Source: Acidimicrobiales bacterium (GTDB taxonomy: Bacteria > Actinomycetota > Acidimicrobiia > Acidimicrobiales > Iamiaceae). Taken from it: a DNA stretch of 24,000 bases. Both the position numbers and the translations under genes were made by a program. Under the pieces are notes generated by a model. The model saw only the letters and a list, made by a program, of their open reading frames with translations. It made no database searches and was not told where the DNA came from. Below, piece after piece: positions 1 to 6,961 of the stretch (its first letter is position 1; each line of letters begins with the position of its first letter). The DNA is taken from the NCBI GenBank assembly GCA_038241315.1, contig JBBRFU010000027.1, positions 1 through 24,000 on the forward strand, given 5' to 3'.

Positions 1-396
1 CCGGGCCGCTCGGGCCCGTTCGCCTCCGGCGATCAGACCTGCCGCTCGGTTGCGGCCCGTCGTCCAGCGCGGACGGTTGCTCAGGCGGATGACCGGTCGA
101 ACACGGCGAACACGGCGATGACCATCGTGCGGTGGCCGGGCTTCAGGCCCGGCCACCGTCGCGCCTGGCGTGGGGACGGGGCGTTTCGGGGTCGGGGCAT
201 CGTGGTGCCAGCGTGCTCAGGCGACCGGAGTAGCTCGGGAACCGGCGGGGCCCAGGGGTGGGGGGCGTCCGTACCGGGTACGGCTCGGGTCGTGACCGAG
301 CCGGGGACCGACGTGGATGCAGGGGCGCGTGCTGCCGCCGCGGACGGGACCTGTCCGTGCGGGGGGCCGGGGAGGCCACCGTGGCGTGAGCGAGAC

Positions 397-648
397 GTGC
401 CCCTGAGCCCGGCGTCGGTGGTGGCGGGGCTCGTGGTGGTGGCGTTCGGCGTGCTCGCCGCGGTGGCGAGCCTCCGGCCGTGGGTGGGCCCGGCCGTGAT
501 CGGCGTGTGGCTGGCCTGCAGCGTCGGGGCCGGGACCTGGCTCTGGCGATCGGGCCATCGCGGTGGTTGCTGGCTGGGCCGCACCCTGTGGACCGGCCTC
601 GCGGTGCTCGGCTTCCCCCTCCGCGTGGTGGTCGGCCTGCCCTTCTGA
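397..648 (+). CDS. hypothetical small integral membrane protein (start uncertain)
   Basis: This frame is open from the window edge through 648. Only the last ~84 codons (from GTG 397) show strong G/C at codon position 3. They translate to three hydrophobic helices (VVAGLVVVAFGVLAAVA, AVIGVWLACSVGAGTWLW, LWTGLAVLGFPLRVVVGL). The part upstream of 397 is R/G/P-rich and looks non-coding. No family recognised. Confidence 0.3.
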   Translation: MPLSPASVVAGLVVVAFGVLAAVASLRPWVGPAVIGVWLACSVGAGTWLWRSGHRGGCWLGRTLWTGLAVLGFPLRVVVGLPF

Positions 649-750
649 ACGCCCGCGCCCACGAGCTCGCCGTGCTTCCCGCCGTGGTGGTCGGTGGGGT
701 GCCCGGTGGCTCGGGGGAACCGAGGCGACCGTTCGTCGCCGGCCGGAGGA

Positions 751-1110
751 TCAGGGGCGGTCGGGGAGGTCGACCACGGTGCCGGTGGCGGCGTCGGTGA
801 GGCGGTCGACGTCGGGGCCCACCGTCACGGTGGCCTCGGTGGTGCAGCGCCCCACGCGGGGTCGGCCCCAGGCGGTCACGAGCGGCTCGCCGTCGGGGCC
901 GCCGGTGGGCGCCACCTCGAGCGAGCGCAGGTCGGCGCACTCGAAGGTGACCACGACCCGGCCGGGTCCGTCCCAGCGGGTGGACTCGATCGCCAGGGCG
1001 GTGCGGCCCTCGTCGGGCCCGCACGCGGTGGCCAGCGCGAGGAGCGCCCCGGCCACGGCTGCGGCCGCGGCCGCCGAGGGGAGCCGGGTGCGGCGCGGCG
1101 GCGGGATCAC
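751..1110 (-). CDS. putative secreted lipoprotein, function unknown
   Basis: Last 119 codons of the 751..2220 minus ORF, with an internal GTG at 1110..1108. The N-terminus RRTRLPSAAAAAAVAGALLALATAC has a charged n-region, a hydrophobic core and a lipobox-like LATAC. The mature part is beta-rich with paired Cys. The rest of the long ORF is antisense to the SDR gene. Confidence 0.55.
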   Translation of the reverse strand: MIPPPRRTRLPSAAAAAAVAGALLALATACGPDEGRTALAIESTRWDGPGRVVVTFECADLRSLEVAPTGGPDGEPLVTAWGRPRVGRCTTEATVTVGPDVDRLTDAATGTVVDLPDRP

Positions 1111-1194
1111 CGGCCCAGGGTACGGCGCCGCCGGGTGCGCCCCGAGCACCCGGCGCGGGTCCGCCGTGCGCTCGCTGCGCCTGCGCCGGGCCTG

Positions 1195-1300
1195 CCCCGA
1201 GGACCGATCGGGTCCTGCGCCGAGCCCGCCCCCGAGGACCCAGCTCGGGTCCGCCGTGCCTCCGCCGGACCCGGCCCGAGGACCGAGCTCCCCTCGGCCG
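1195..1300. repeat. three spaced copies of CCCGAGGACC, each with a short GC hairpin, in a 327-bp divergent intergenic region
   Basis: CCCCGAGGACC occurs at 1195..1205 and 1230..1240, and CCCGAGGACC at 1275..1284. Hairpins: AGGACC-GATCG-GGTCCT (1200..1216) and GGACCC-AGCTC-GGGTCC (1236..1252). CGGGTCCGCCGTGC also occurs twice (near 1156 and near 1246). Confidence 0.6.
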
Positions 1301-1437
1301 GGCGCCCCTCGATCGGTCCCGGCAGGGCGATCCCCTGGGGCGTCGATCCGCCACCTGACCCGAGGGTCAAGTCGGTCTAGGGTCGCGCCCTGGGACCGGA
1401 CGAACCCGTCGAACCGGTCGATCGAAGGGGACGCGCG

Positions 1438-2304
1438 TTGGACGAGCTGTCGGGCAAGGTCGCGGTGGTCACCGGAGCGGCATCGGGCATCGGGCTGGCC
1501 CTGAGCCGGGCCTTCGCCGCCGAAGGCATGCGGGTGGTGCTGGCCGACATCGAGGCCGACGCCCTCGACGCGGCCGTCGCCGGGCTGCCCGAGGGCACCG
1601 AGTCGCTCGCCGTGGTGTGCGACGTGAGCGACGCGGCCCAGGTCGACCACCTGCGCGATCTCGCCGTCGAGCGGTTCGGGACGGTCCACGTGGTGTGCAA
1701 CAACGCCGGCGTGTCCGCCGGCGGCCCGGTGTGGGAGCACTCGCTCGACGACTGGAACTGGGTGATGGGCGTCAACCTGTGGGGCGTCGTCCACGGCATC
1801 CGGGCCTTCACGCCGCTGATGCTGGCCCAGGGTGAGGGCCACATCGTGAACACCGCCTCCATGGCCGGCCTCACCTCGGCCCCCTTCATGGGGATCTACA
1901 ACGTCACCAAGCACGCCGTGGTCACCCTCTCCGAGACGCTGTGGGCCGACCTCCAACTGGCCGGCGCCCCCGGCATCGGGGTGTCGGTGCTGTGCCCGGG
2001 CTGGGTCCAGACCCGCATCCACGAGGCGCATCGCAACCGACCCGACGGCAGCGAGGTCCAGGCGGACGACGCCGAGGAGGCAGACGCCACCGAGGGGGCG
2101 GAGGGCCCCGGGTTCGCCGAGGTGGTCGGGGCCCTGATCGCCACCGGCCTCGATCCGGCCCACGTGGCCGAGCTGGTGCTCGACGCGATCCGCACCCGGC
2201 GGTTCTACATCCTCACCCACCCCGAGTGGCGCCCGATGATCAGTGGGCGCACGGATCGCATCGTGGCCGGTGAGGACCCCCTGATCGCCTCGTTGCCCTC
2301 GTAG
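1438..2304 (+). CDS. short-chain dehydrogenase/reductase (SDR) family oxidoreductase
   Basis: TTG start. Classical SDR motifs are present: TGAASGIG (cofactor-binding TGxxxGxG), NNAG, and the catalytic Y-x3-K in YNVTKHAV. The 288-aa length is typical. Confidence 0.93.
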   Translation: MDELSGKVAVVTGAASGIGLALSRAFAAEGMRVVLADIEADALDAAVAGLPEGTESLAVVCDVSDAAQVDHLRDLAVERFGTVHVVCNNAGVSAGGPVWEHSLDDWNWVMGVNLWGVVHGIRAFTPLMLAQGEGHIVNTASMAGLTSAPFMGIYNVTKHAVVTLSETLWADLQLAGAPGIGVSVLCPGWVQTRIHEAHRNRPDGSEVQADDAEEADATEGAEGPGFAEVVGALIATGLDPAHVAELVLDAIRTRRFYILTHPEWRPMISGRTDRIVAGEDPLIASLPS

Positions 2305-2339
2305 CGCCGCGGTCCGGGCCGTTCCCCCGGGGTGCCCGG

Positions 2340-2369
2340 GTGCTCAGGTGCTCAGTGCTCAGTGCTCAG
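2340..2369. repeat. tandem (G)TGCTCAG x4 microrepeat in a convergent gene junction
   Basis: GTGCTCAG GTGCTCAG TGCTCAG TGCTCAG read directly. On the minus strand this is CTGAGCA(C) x4. The first TGA is the stop codon of the 2366..3037 gene. Confidence 0.85.
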
Positions 2370-3037
2370 GTGCCGGCCAGGGTGGGGTCGGGGTCGACCT
2401 CGGGGTCGATCGCCGGATCGAACCCCGGTGGGTGGCCGAGGTCGAGCCGCTCCAACCAGAACTGGGCGTTGGGTCCCACGGTGGCCGCGAAGAGCAGGGT
2501 GCCCACGCCGACCGTGCCGCCCAGCAGCCAGCCGAGGGCCAACGCCACCAGCTCGATGCCGGTGCGCACCGATCGGATCGACGGGCCGCGCTGGGCGAGG
2601 CCGGTCATGATGCCGTCGCGGGGGCCGGGCCCGAGACGGGCGCCGATGTAGAGGCCGATCCCCGGCCCCACCAGCGCCAGGCCGCCGACGAGCAGGGCGA
2701 CCCGGGTGGGGAGGGCGTCGGTGTCGGGGAGGATCGGCAGCACCAGGTCGATCACGGTCCCGATGAGGAGGGCGTTGGAGACGGTGCCGATGCCCACCCG
2801 CTCGCGCAGCGGGATCCAGGCGAGCAGCACCACGAAGCCGAGCAGCGTGGTGACCAGGCCGATGGGCAGGTCGACGCGGTCGGCGAGACCCTCGTGGAGG
2901 ACGTTCCAGGGATCGAGCCCGAGCCCCGCGGCGAGGATCAGCGAGAACGCCACCCCGCACAGCACCAGGCCGGCCAGCAGCCGCGGCAACCGGCGCTGCA
3001 CCTCGGGCCAGGGTGGGGCGACGAACAGGGCGGGCAC
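2366..3037 (-). CDS. YczE-like (COG2364-type) integral membrane protein
   Basis: GTG start, 223 aa. The protein has two internally repeated halves with LGLDPWNVLHEGL and GPGPRDGIMTGL motifs plus multiple TM helices. From memory, this is characteristic of the YczE/YitT-like membrane protein family. Confidence 0.75.
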   Translation of the reverse strand: MPALFVAPPWPEVQRRLPRLLAGLVLCGVAFSLILAAGLGLDPWNVLHEGLADRVDLPIGLVTTLLGFVVLLAWIPLRERVGIGTVSNALLIGTVIDLVLPILPDTDALPTRVALLVGGLALVGPGIGLYIGARLGPGPRDGIMTGLAQRGPSIRSVRTGIELVALALGWLLGGTVGVGTLLFAATVGPNAQFWLERLDLGHPPGFDPAIDPEVDPDPTLAGT

Positions 3038-3057
3038 GGCGGTCGACGCTACCGGTG

Positions 3058-3078
3058 GGTGGCGGTTCCCCCGCCACC
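3058..3078 (-). terminator. GC-rich hairpin between the DsbA-like gene and the YczE-like gene (possible intrinsic terminator without U-tract)
   Basis: GGTGGCGG-TTCCC-CCGCCACC forms a perfect 8-bp stem with a 5-nt loop, ~77 nt downstream of the DsbA-family stop on the minus strand. No T/U run follows. Confidence 0.3.
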
Positions 3079-3083
3079 GGTAT

Positions 3084-3144
3084 CGGTCACCCGGCGGTCA
3101 CCGGTCACCCGGGTCCACGGGTACCCGCGACCACTGGTCACCCG
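3084..3144. repeat. cluster of four GGTCACC heptamers upstream of the YczE-like gene
   Basis: CGGTCACCC 3084..3092, CGGTCACCG 3095..3103, CGGTCACCC 3102..3110, TGGTCACCC 3136..3144. Each core is a GGTNACC-type palindrome. Confidence 0.6.
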
Positions 3145-3154
3145 CGGCCACGGG

Positions 3155-3868
3155 TCAGCCGGTGGGCAGGTCGCAGCCGTCGGGGCCGCAGGCGTCCACG
3201 TCGTCGGCCCCGACCACGGTGGTGATCTGCGGTGCCCGCGCCGCCCACGCCTGGCGCAGCACGTCGAGGAGGGTCTCGGCCGGCTGGGCGCCCGAGACGG
3301 CGAGGCGCTGGTCGGCCACGAAGAAGGGCACGCCGCTGATGCCGATCTCCCGGGCGGTGGCCAGGTCCTGGCGGACCTCGGCGGCGAAGGCGTCACCCAC
3401 GAGCACGGCCTCCACCTCCTCGGGGTCCAGGCCGACGTCGACGGCGGCCTTGCGCAGCGTGTCGTGCTCGCCGATGGGCTGGCCGTCGGTGAAGTAGGCG
3501 CGGCCGAGTCGGTGCTTGAGCGCCACCTGGAGGTCCCGCCGGAGGGCGAGGTGCAGGAGGCGGTGGGCGTCGAAGGTGTTCCCGCCGATGGCCTGCTCGA
3601 AGCGGAAGTCGATGCCCCGCTCGGCGCCCAGGGTCACGATGCGGTCCTGGCTCTCCCGGATCGCCTCTACCGTGGTGCCGTACTTCTGGGCCAGTCGCTC
3701 CACCACCGGTTGGTCGTCGCGCCGGGGCGCGCCGGGGTCCAGCTGGAACGCGTGCAGGACCACCTCGACCTCGTCGGCGTGCTCGAACTCGGCCAGGGCG
3801 GCGTCGAGGTTGGCCAACCCCACGTAGCACCAGGGGCACACCACGTCGGACCACACATCGACCTGCAT
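3155..3868 (-). CDS. DsbA-family thiol:disulfide oxidoreductase (FrnE-like)
   Basis: ATG start. The N-terminal VVCPWCY contains a CxxC active site in a thioredoxin-fold context. Length and the GISGVPFFV motif are typical of DsbA/FrnE-like proteins. Confidence 0.9.
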   Translation of the reverse strand: MQVDVWSDVVCPWCYVGLANLDAALAEFEHADEVEVVLHAFQLDPGAPRRDDQPVVERLAQKYGTTVEAIRESQDRIVTLGAERGIDFRFEQAIGGNTFDAHRLLHLALRRDLQVALKHRLGRAYFTDGQPIGEHDTLRKAAVDVGLDPEEVEAVLVGDAFAAEVRQDLATAREIGISGVPFFVADQRLAVSGAQPAETLLDVLRQAWAARAPQITTVVGADDVDACGPDGCDLPTG

Positions 3869-4011
3869 CGCTGACCAGCTTCCTCGTCGGGGGCCCGGTC
3901 CAACGCCTCGGCCCGTCCCGGTGTTCCCCGGCGGCCGGGCGCCGTCTGGCGCAGCCCGGCGGGTGAGGCCGACGGGGCCACGTTGTCGTACCCCCTCGGC
4001 AGGATGCCCCC

Positions 4012-4590
4012 ATGCTCCTCGCCACGAGATGCCCCGGCTGCGGCCGCGCCGGGCCGGCCCCCTGCGCGCCGTGCGTGGCCGCCATGGCGCCGGCCGCGCC
4101 GGTGCCCGTCCCGCCGACGTTCGACCGCTGCCGGGCGCTGCTGGCCTACGACGGCGCGGCGCGCGAGGTGGTCGCCCAGCTCAAGTACCGCAACGCCCGG
4201 GCGCCGGCGGCGTGGCTCGGCCGAGGCCTCGCCGGGCTGGTGCGCCCCGGGGAGGTGGAGCTGGTCACGTGGGCCCCCACCACCGACCTTCGCCGCCGGC
4301 GCCGCGGCTTCGACCACGCCGAGCTGCTGGCTCGGCGGCTGGCGGGGGAGCTCGGCCTGCCCTGCCGCTCCCTGCTGGTTCGGGCGCCGGGCCCGCCCCA
4401 GACGGGCCGGACCCTGCTCGAGCGCCGCCGGGGCCCGTCGTTCGTGCCCACCAACCGCCTCGACGGCCGCCGGCTCGCCGTGGTCGACGACGTGATCACC
4501 ACCGGCGCCACCCTCGACGCCGCCGGCCGTGCCCTCCGCGCCGCCGGCGCCGCCCACCTGGTCGGCCTCGCCGCCGCCCACCCCCGCTAG
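4012..4590 (+). CDS. comFC: ComF-family protein (phosphoribosyltransferase-like, ComFC type)
   Basis: ATG preceded by AGGA. There is an N-terminal Cys-rich zinc-finger-like CPGCG...CAPC and a PRTase motif VVDDVITTGAT near the C-terminus. It sits in the conserved position upstream of hpf/secA. Confidence 0.88.
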   Translation: MLLATRCPGCGRAGPAPCAPCVAAMAPAAPVPVPPTFDRCRALLAYDGAAREVVAQLKYRNARAPAAWLGRGLAGLVRPGEVELVTWAPTTDLRRRRRGFDHAELLARRLAGELGLPCRSLLVRAPGPPQTGRTLLERRRGPSFVPTNRLDGRRLAVVDDVITTGATLDAAGRALRAAGAAHLVGLAAAHPR

Positions 4591-4835
4591 TGCCCTGACC
4601 GCGAACGTCGGTGGGGCCGCGTCCACCACCGGTTCACCGCCCTGCGCCACGTCGCTCTCGAAGGCACCGATCAACCCACCCACGCCGAACAGGCCCAGAT
4701 GATCCGCCGCTCCATCGCCTGGCTCACAATGTCGCAGTTGAAGAGCGCTACGAGACGCCGACGTGGTCCAGCGGGCCTCCGCTCAGCAAGGCACAGGACA
4801 CCTCTACCCGGAGTGGGATGCGAGACCGCCGTCCG

Positions 4836-5213
4836 TCACCGGAGGCGCTCGAGGGCCTGCGCCAGGGACTGCTGGGCAGCGGCCTCATCGACGCCGAGCT
4901 GTCGGGCGATCACGGCCAGCGCGTCGGCGGCCTGATGCAGATCGGTGAGGTCCGGCGTTCTCGCCCCCGTCGCCGGCCGGGCGCGCACGAACGTGCCCGC
5001 TCGACCGCGGCTCTCCACGACCCCGTCTGCCTCGAGCAGCTCGTAGGCCCGCTCGACCGTGCCCTTGGAGAGGCCGAGGTCCGAGGCAAGCTGGCGGATG
5101 GTGGGCAGCCGGGTGCCGGCGCCTGTTTGTCCGCTGACGGCCAGGCGCGCCACCTGGGCGCGGATCTGCTCGTAGACGGGCAGGGGCAGGGCGGGGTCGA
5201 CGCGGAGGAGCAC
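4836..5213 (-). CDS. GntR-family transcriptional regulator, short YtrA-like type (copy 1)
   Basis: Internal GTG at 5213..5211, 2 nt after the TGA of the upstream membrane-protein gene. The winged-HTH signature is PVYEQI...TRLPTIRQLASDLGLSKGTVERAYELLEADGVVESRGRAGTFV. Only ~45 residues follow the DNA-binding domain. A paralog lies at 11138..11542. Confidence 0.85.
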   Translation of the reverse strand: MLLRVDPALPLPVYEQIRAQVARLAVSGQTGAGTRLPTIRQLASDLGLSKGTVERAYELLEADGVVESRGRAGTFVRARPATGARTPDLTDLHQAADALAVIARQLGVDEAAAQQSLAQALERLR

Positions 5214-5215
5214 GG

Positions 5216-6211
5216 TCAGCCCGTTTCCCGGGCGAAGACCACCAGGGCCATCATCGCCAGGCACAGCCCGATCACCCCGAGCGCCCACCAGACCAGGTGC
5301 GAGCGGCGCCCACCGACCGCGTCGAGGTGGAGCGGGGTCAGCCCGAACGAGCGATTCGTCCACCACCAGATGCAGCCCGCGCAGAACAGGGCGATCGAGC
5401 CGAGCCAGGCGACCACCGAGACGACCTGCGTGGCTCGGGGCAGGTCGGGACCGGAAGCCACGACGGCAGACCACTGTGCCGAGATCGCCAGAGCGCCGAG
5501 TGTCACCATCGGCCGTGACGTGCCCGCCGACGTCGCCATGCGCCGCACCTCGTCGTCGGCCGCGGCGAGCGCTGCCGGCACCACCGGCCGAGGGCGCAGT
5601 GCGATGCGGCGGACGGCCCAGTGCCGCACCACCGCCAGCACGACGACGGCGATCCCGAGGGCGATCACGCGCGCGAGGTGCTCGCCCGTCACGGCCGACC
5701 CGACCACGCCCGCCGCCGCCAGGACCAGGAGCACCCGCTCCCGCCGATCGGCGCTCCGGTCGCGATACGCAGCGGGGTCCCGCACCTCGAGCGAAGCCGT
5801 GCGGGGACCCGGGTGCCGCACCCGGAACGCCTCGGCGAGGATCGAGCCGCCGATCGATCCAGCGAGGCCGATCGAGGCGAACAGAAGCAGGTTCAGCTCG
5901 ACCCCGCTCCGGCCGACGGCGTCGGCCGCCACCAGATAGGCCGACATGAGGATGAGGCCGACGATGGCCCCGGAGCGTCGGAATCGTTGCGAACGGTCGA
6001 TGAACCGGCCGACGAGCTGGTCACGCCCCGACGGCGTACCGGGCCCCGGGAACGCTGGGACAGGTCGACTCATGATCACGGCCACCAGCCCGATCCCGAA
6101 CACGGCAGCGACGAAGATGGCGATCAGGCGCACGGCGGATCGATCAGGGTCGACGTCAGCGTGGTGGCTGCGGGAGTGGTGTTGCTTGACTGTCCCATTG
6201 TCATAGGACAA
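5216..6211 (-). CDS. polytopic membrane protein of unknown family (copy 1), co-transcribed with the GntR regulator
   Basis: 331-aa ORF with multiple hydrophobic helices and high GC3. It is paralogous to 11539..12480 (shared TASLxxR...Y and LAADDxVR segments). The start is ambiguous: TTG 6211 lies inside the palindromic region, and the alternative is in-frame GTG 6133. Confidence 0.72.
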   Translation of the reverse strand: MSYDNGTVKQHHSRSHHADVDPDRSAVRLIAIFVAAVFGIGLVAVIMSRPVPAFPGPGTPSGRDQLVGRFIDRSQRFRRSGAIVGLILMSAYLVAADAVGRSGVELNLLLFASIGLAGSIGGSILAEAFRVRHPGPRTASLEVRDPAAYRDRSADRRERVLLVLAAAGVVGSAVTGEHLARVIALGIAVVVLAVVRHWAVRRIALRPRPVVPAALAAADDEVRRMATSAGTSRPMVTLGALAISAQWSAVVASGPDLPRATQVVSVVAWLGSIALFCAGCIWWWTNRSFGLTPLHLDAVGGRRSHLVWWALGVIGLCLAMMALVVFARETG

Positions 6212-6236
6212 TATGACAATGTGCCCTCGATCGCAA
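6186..6236. promoter_or_regulatory. AT-rich palindromic operator candidate overlapping divergent sigma70-like promoters (cassette 1)
   Basis: A perfect 9-bp inverted repeat, CATTGTCAT (6196..6204) / ATGACAATG (6213..6221), is separated by 8 bp. Plus strand: TTGACT (6186..6191), 17 nt, CAATAT (6209..6214), then GTG 6221. Minus strand: TTGCGA (6236..6231), 17 nt, TATTGT (6213..6208). The island stands out in GC-rich DNA. Confidence 0.5.
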
Positions 6237-6823
6237 CCCCCGATCCCTCTGTCGATGGTGCCCTCCTCGACGAGCTGGTGCCCCCGTCGGGGCCGAGATG
6301 GAGGCGGACGATCCTCTGGTTGGCCTTTCTGGGGCTGGTCGGCGCCTTCACCTGGGCGGTCACCACTGGGACCGCGATCCCGCAGGTCGATACCAACGTC
6401 CAGATGTGGGGCGGAGCCGGACCTGTCGGGATCACGTCATCCATCACCAACACCTCACCGGTCGCCATCGAGCTGGTCGGCGGGCCGCACCCGCGTCCCG
6501 GCCTCACCTCGCTCGGCTATACGACCGGCTCACTCACCACCGAGGACATGGTGCCGGTCAAGGCCCCCTCCGACCCGTTCCCGCTGCGCCTCGGCCCCAA
6601 CGAGAGCATCGACCTGACTGCGTGGTACCGCGTCGACGACTGCGACGCCGTGCTCGCCATCGTCCCCGGCGACGATCAGATAGACATTCAGGTCCGCATC
6701 GCCTCGGGCCCGGCGTCGTGGTTCACCGCCGAACGCTCGATCGATGCCCGCCCCCTGACAACGGCCACCGACGAGCCGACGTCCTGGCCTGCGGCCGTCG
6801 CCCGGTTCCCCTGCCCGAGCTGA
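6221..6823 (+). CDS. single-pass membrane protein with beta-rich extracytoplasmic domain, unknown family (copy 1)
   Basis: Last 200 codons of the 5621..6823 ORF, starting from GTG 6221. There is an N-terminal tail, one TM helix (ILWLAFLGLVGAFTWAV), then a beta-rich domain. It is paralogous to 10503..11141: shared L(L/V)DE-x5-GPR-x-R before the TM helix and PF-x20-C in the ectodomain. The upstream part of the ORF is antisense to the membrane-protein gene. Confidence 0.65.
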   Translation: MPSIATPDPSVDGALLDELVPPSGPRWRRTILWLAFLGLVGAFTWAVTTGTAIPQVDTNVQMWGGAGPVGITSSITNTSPVAIELVGGPHPRPGLTSLGYTTGSLTTEDMVPVKAPSDPFPLRLGPNESIDLTAWYRVDDCDAVLAIVPGDDQIDIQVRIASGPASWFTAERSIDARPLTTATDEPTSWPAAVARFPCPS

Positions 6824-6961
6824 CCTGGTCGCCCTCGACCCCTCGGTCATCGCGCGGGGGGACTCCACGGACGGCCTTCTGAGAAGCAGTCCGGAGCAAC
6901 GGTGATGGTGAGCTCGGACGAGGAGACCGGCACGTCAGGGGTACCGATCTACGCGGCTGCG

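Noticed and set aside
143-1354. Overlapping ORFs in the first 1.4 kb (81..662 minus, 143..1354 minus, 563..1504 plus, 694..1380 plus)
   Set aside because: All are extreme Arg/Pro/Gly composition with no motifs. They overlap better candidates, namely the small membrane ORF and the lipoprotein.
2348-3874. 508-aa plus-strand ORF and other ORFs across 2332..4085
   Set aside because: They are antisense to the YczE-like and DsbA-family genes, which have clear family signatures. Composition is shadow-ORF-like.
4588-4935. Stop-codon readthrough or extension of comF past TAG 4588..4590
   Set aside because: ComF-family proteins normally end shortly after the PRTase motif, as here. The downstream frame becomes R-rich and overlaps the antisense of the GntR gene. 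The open frame is explained by stop-codon scarcity.
6213-6617. ATG-initiated 134-aa ORF (MTMCPRSQPP...) starting inside the cassette 1 palindrome
   Set aside because: The translation is P/R/S-rich. The overlapping frame starting at GTG 6221 has a TM helix, high GC3 and a paralog in cassette 2.
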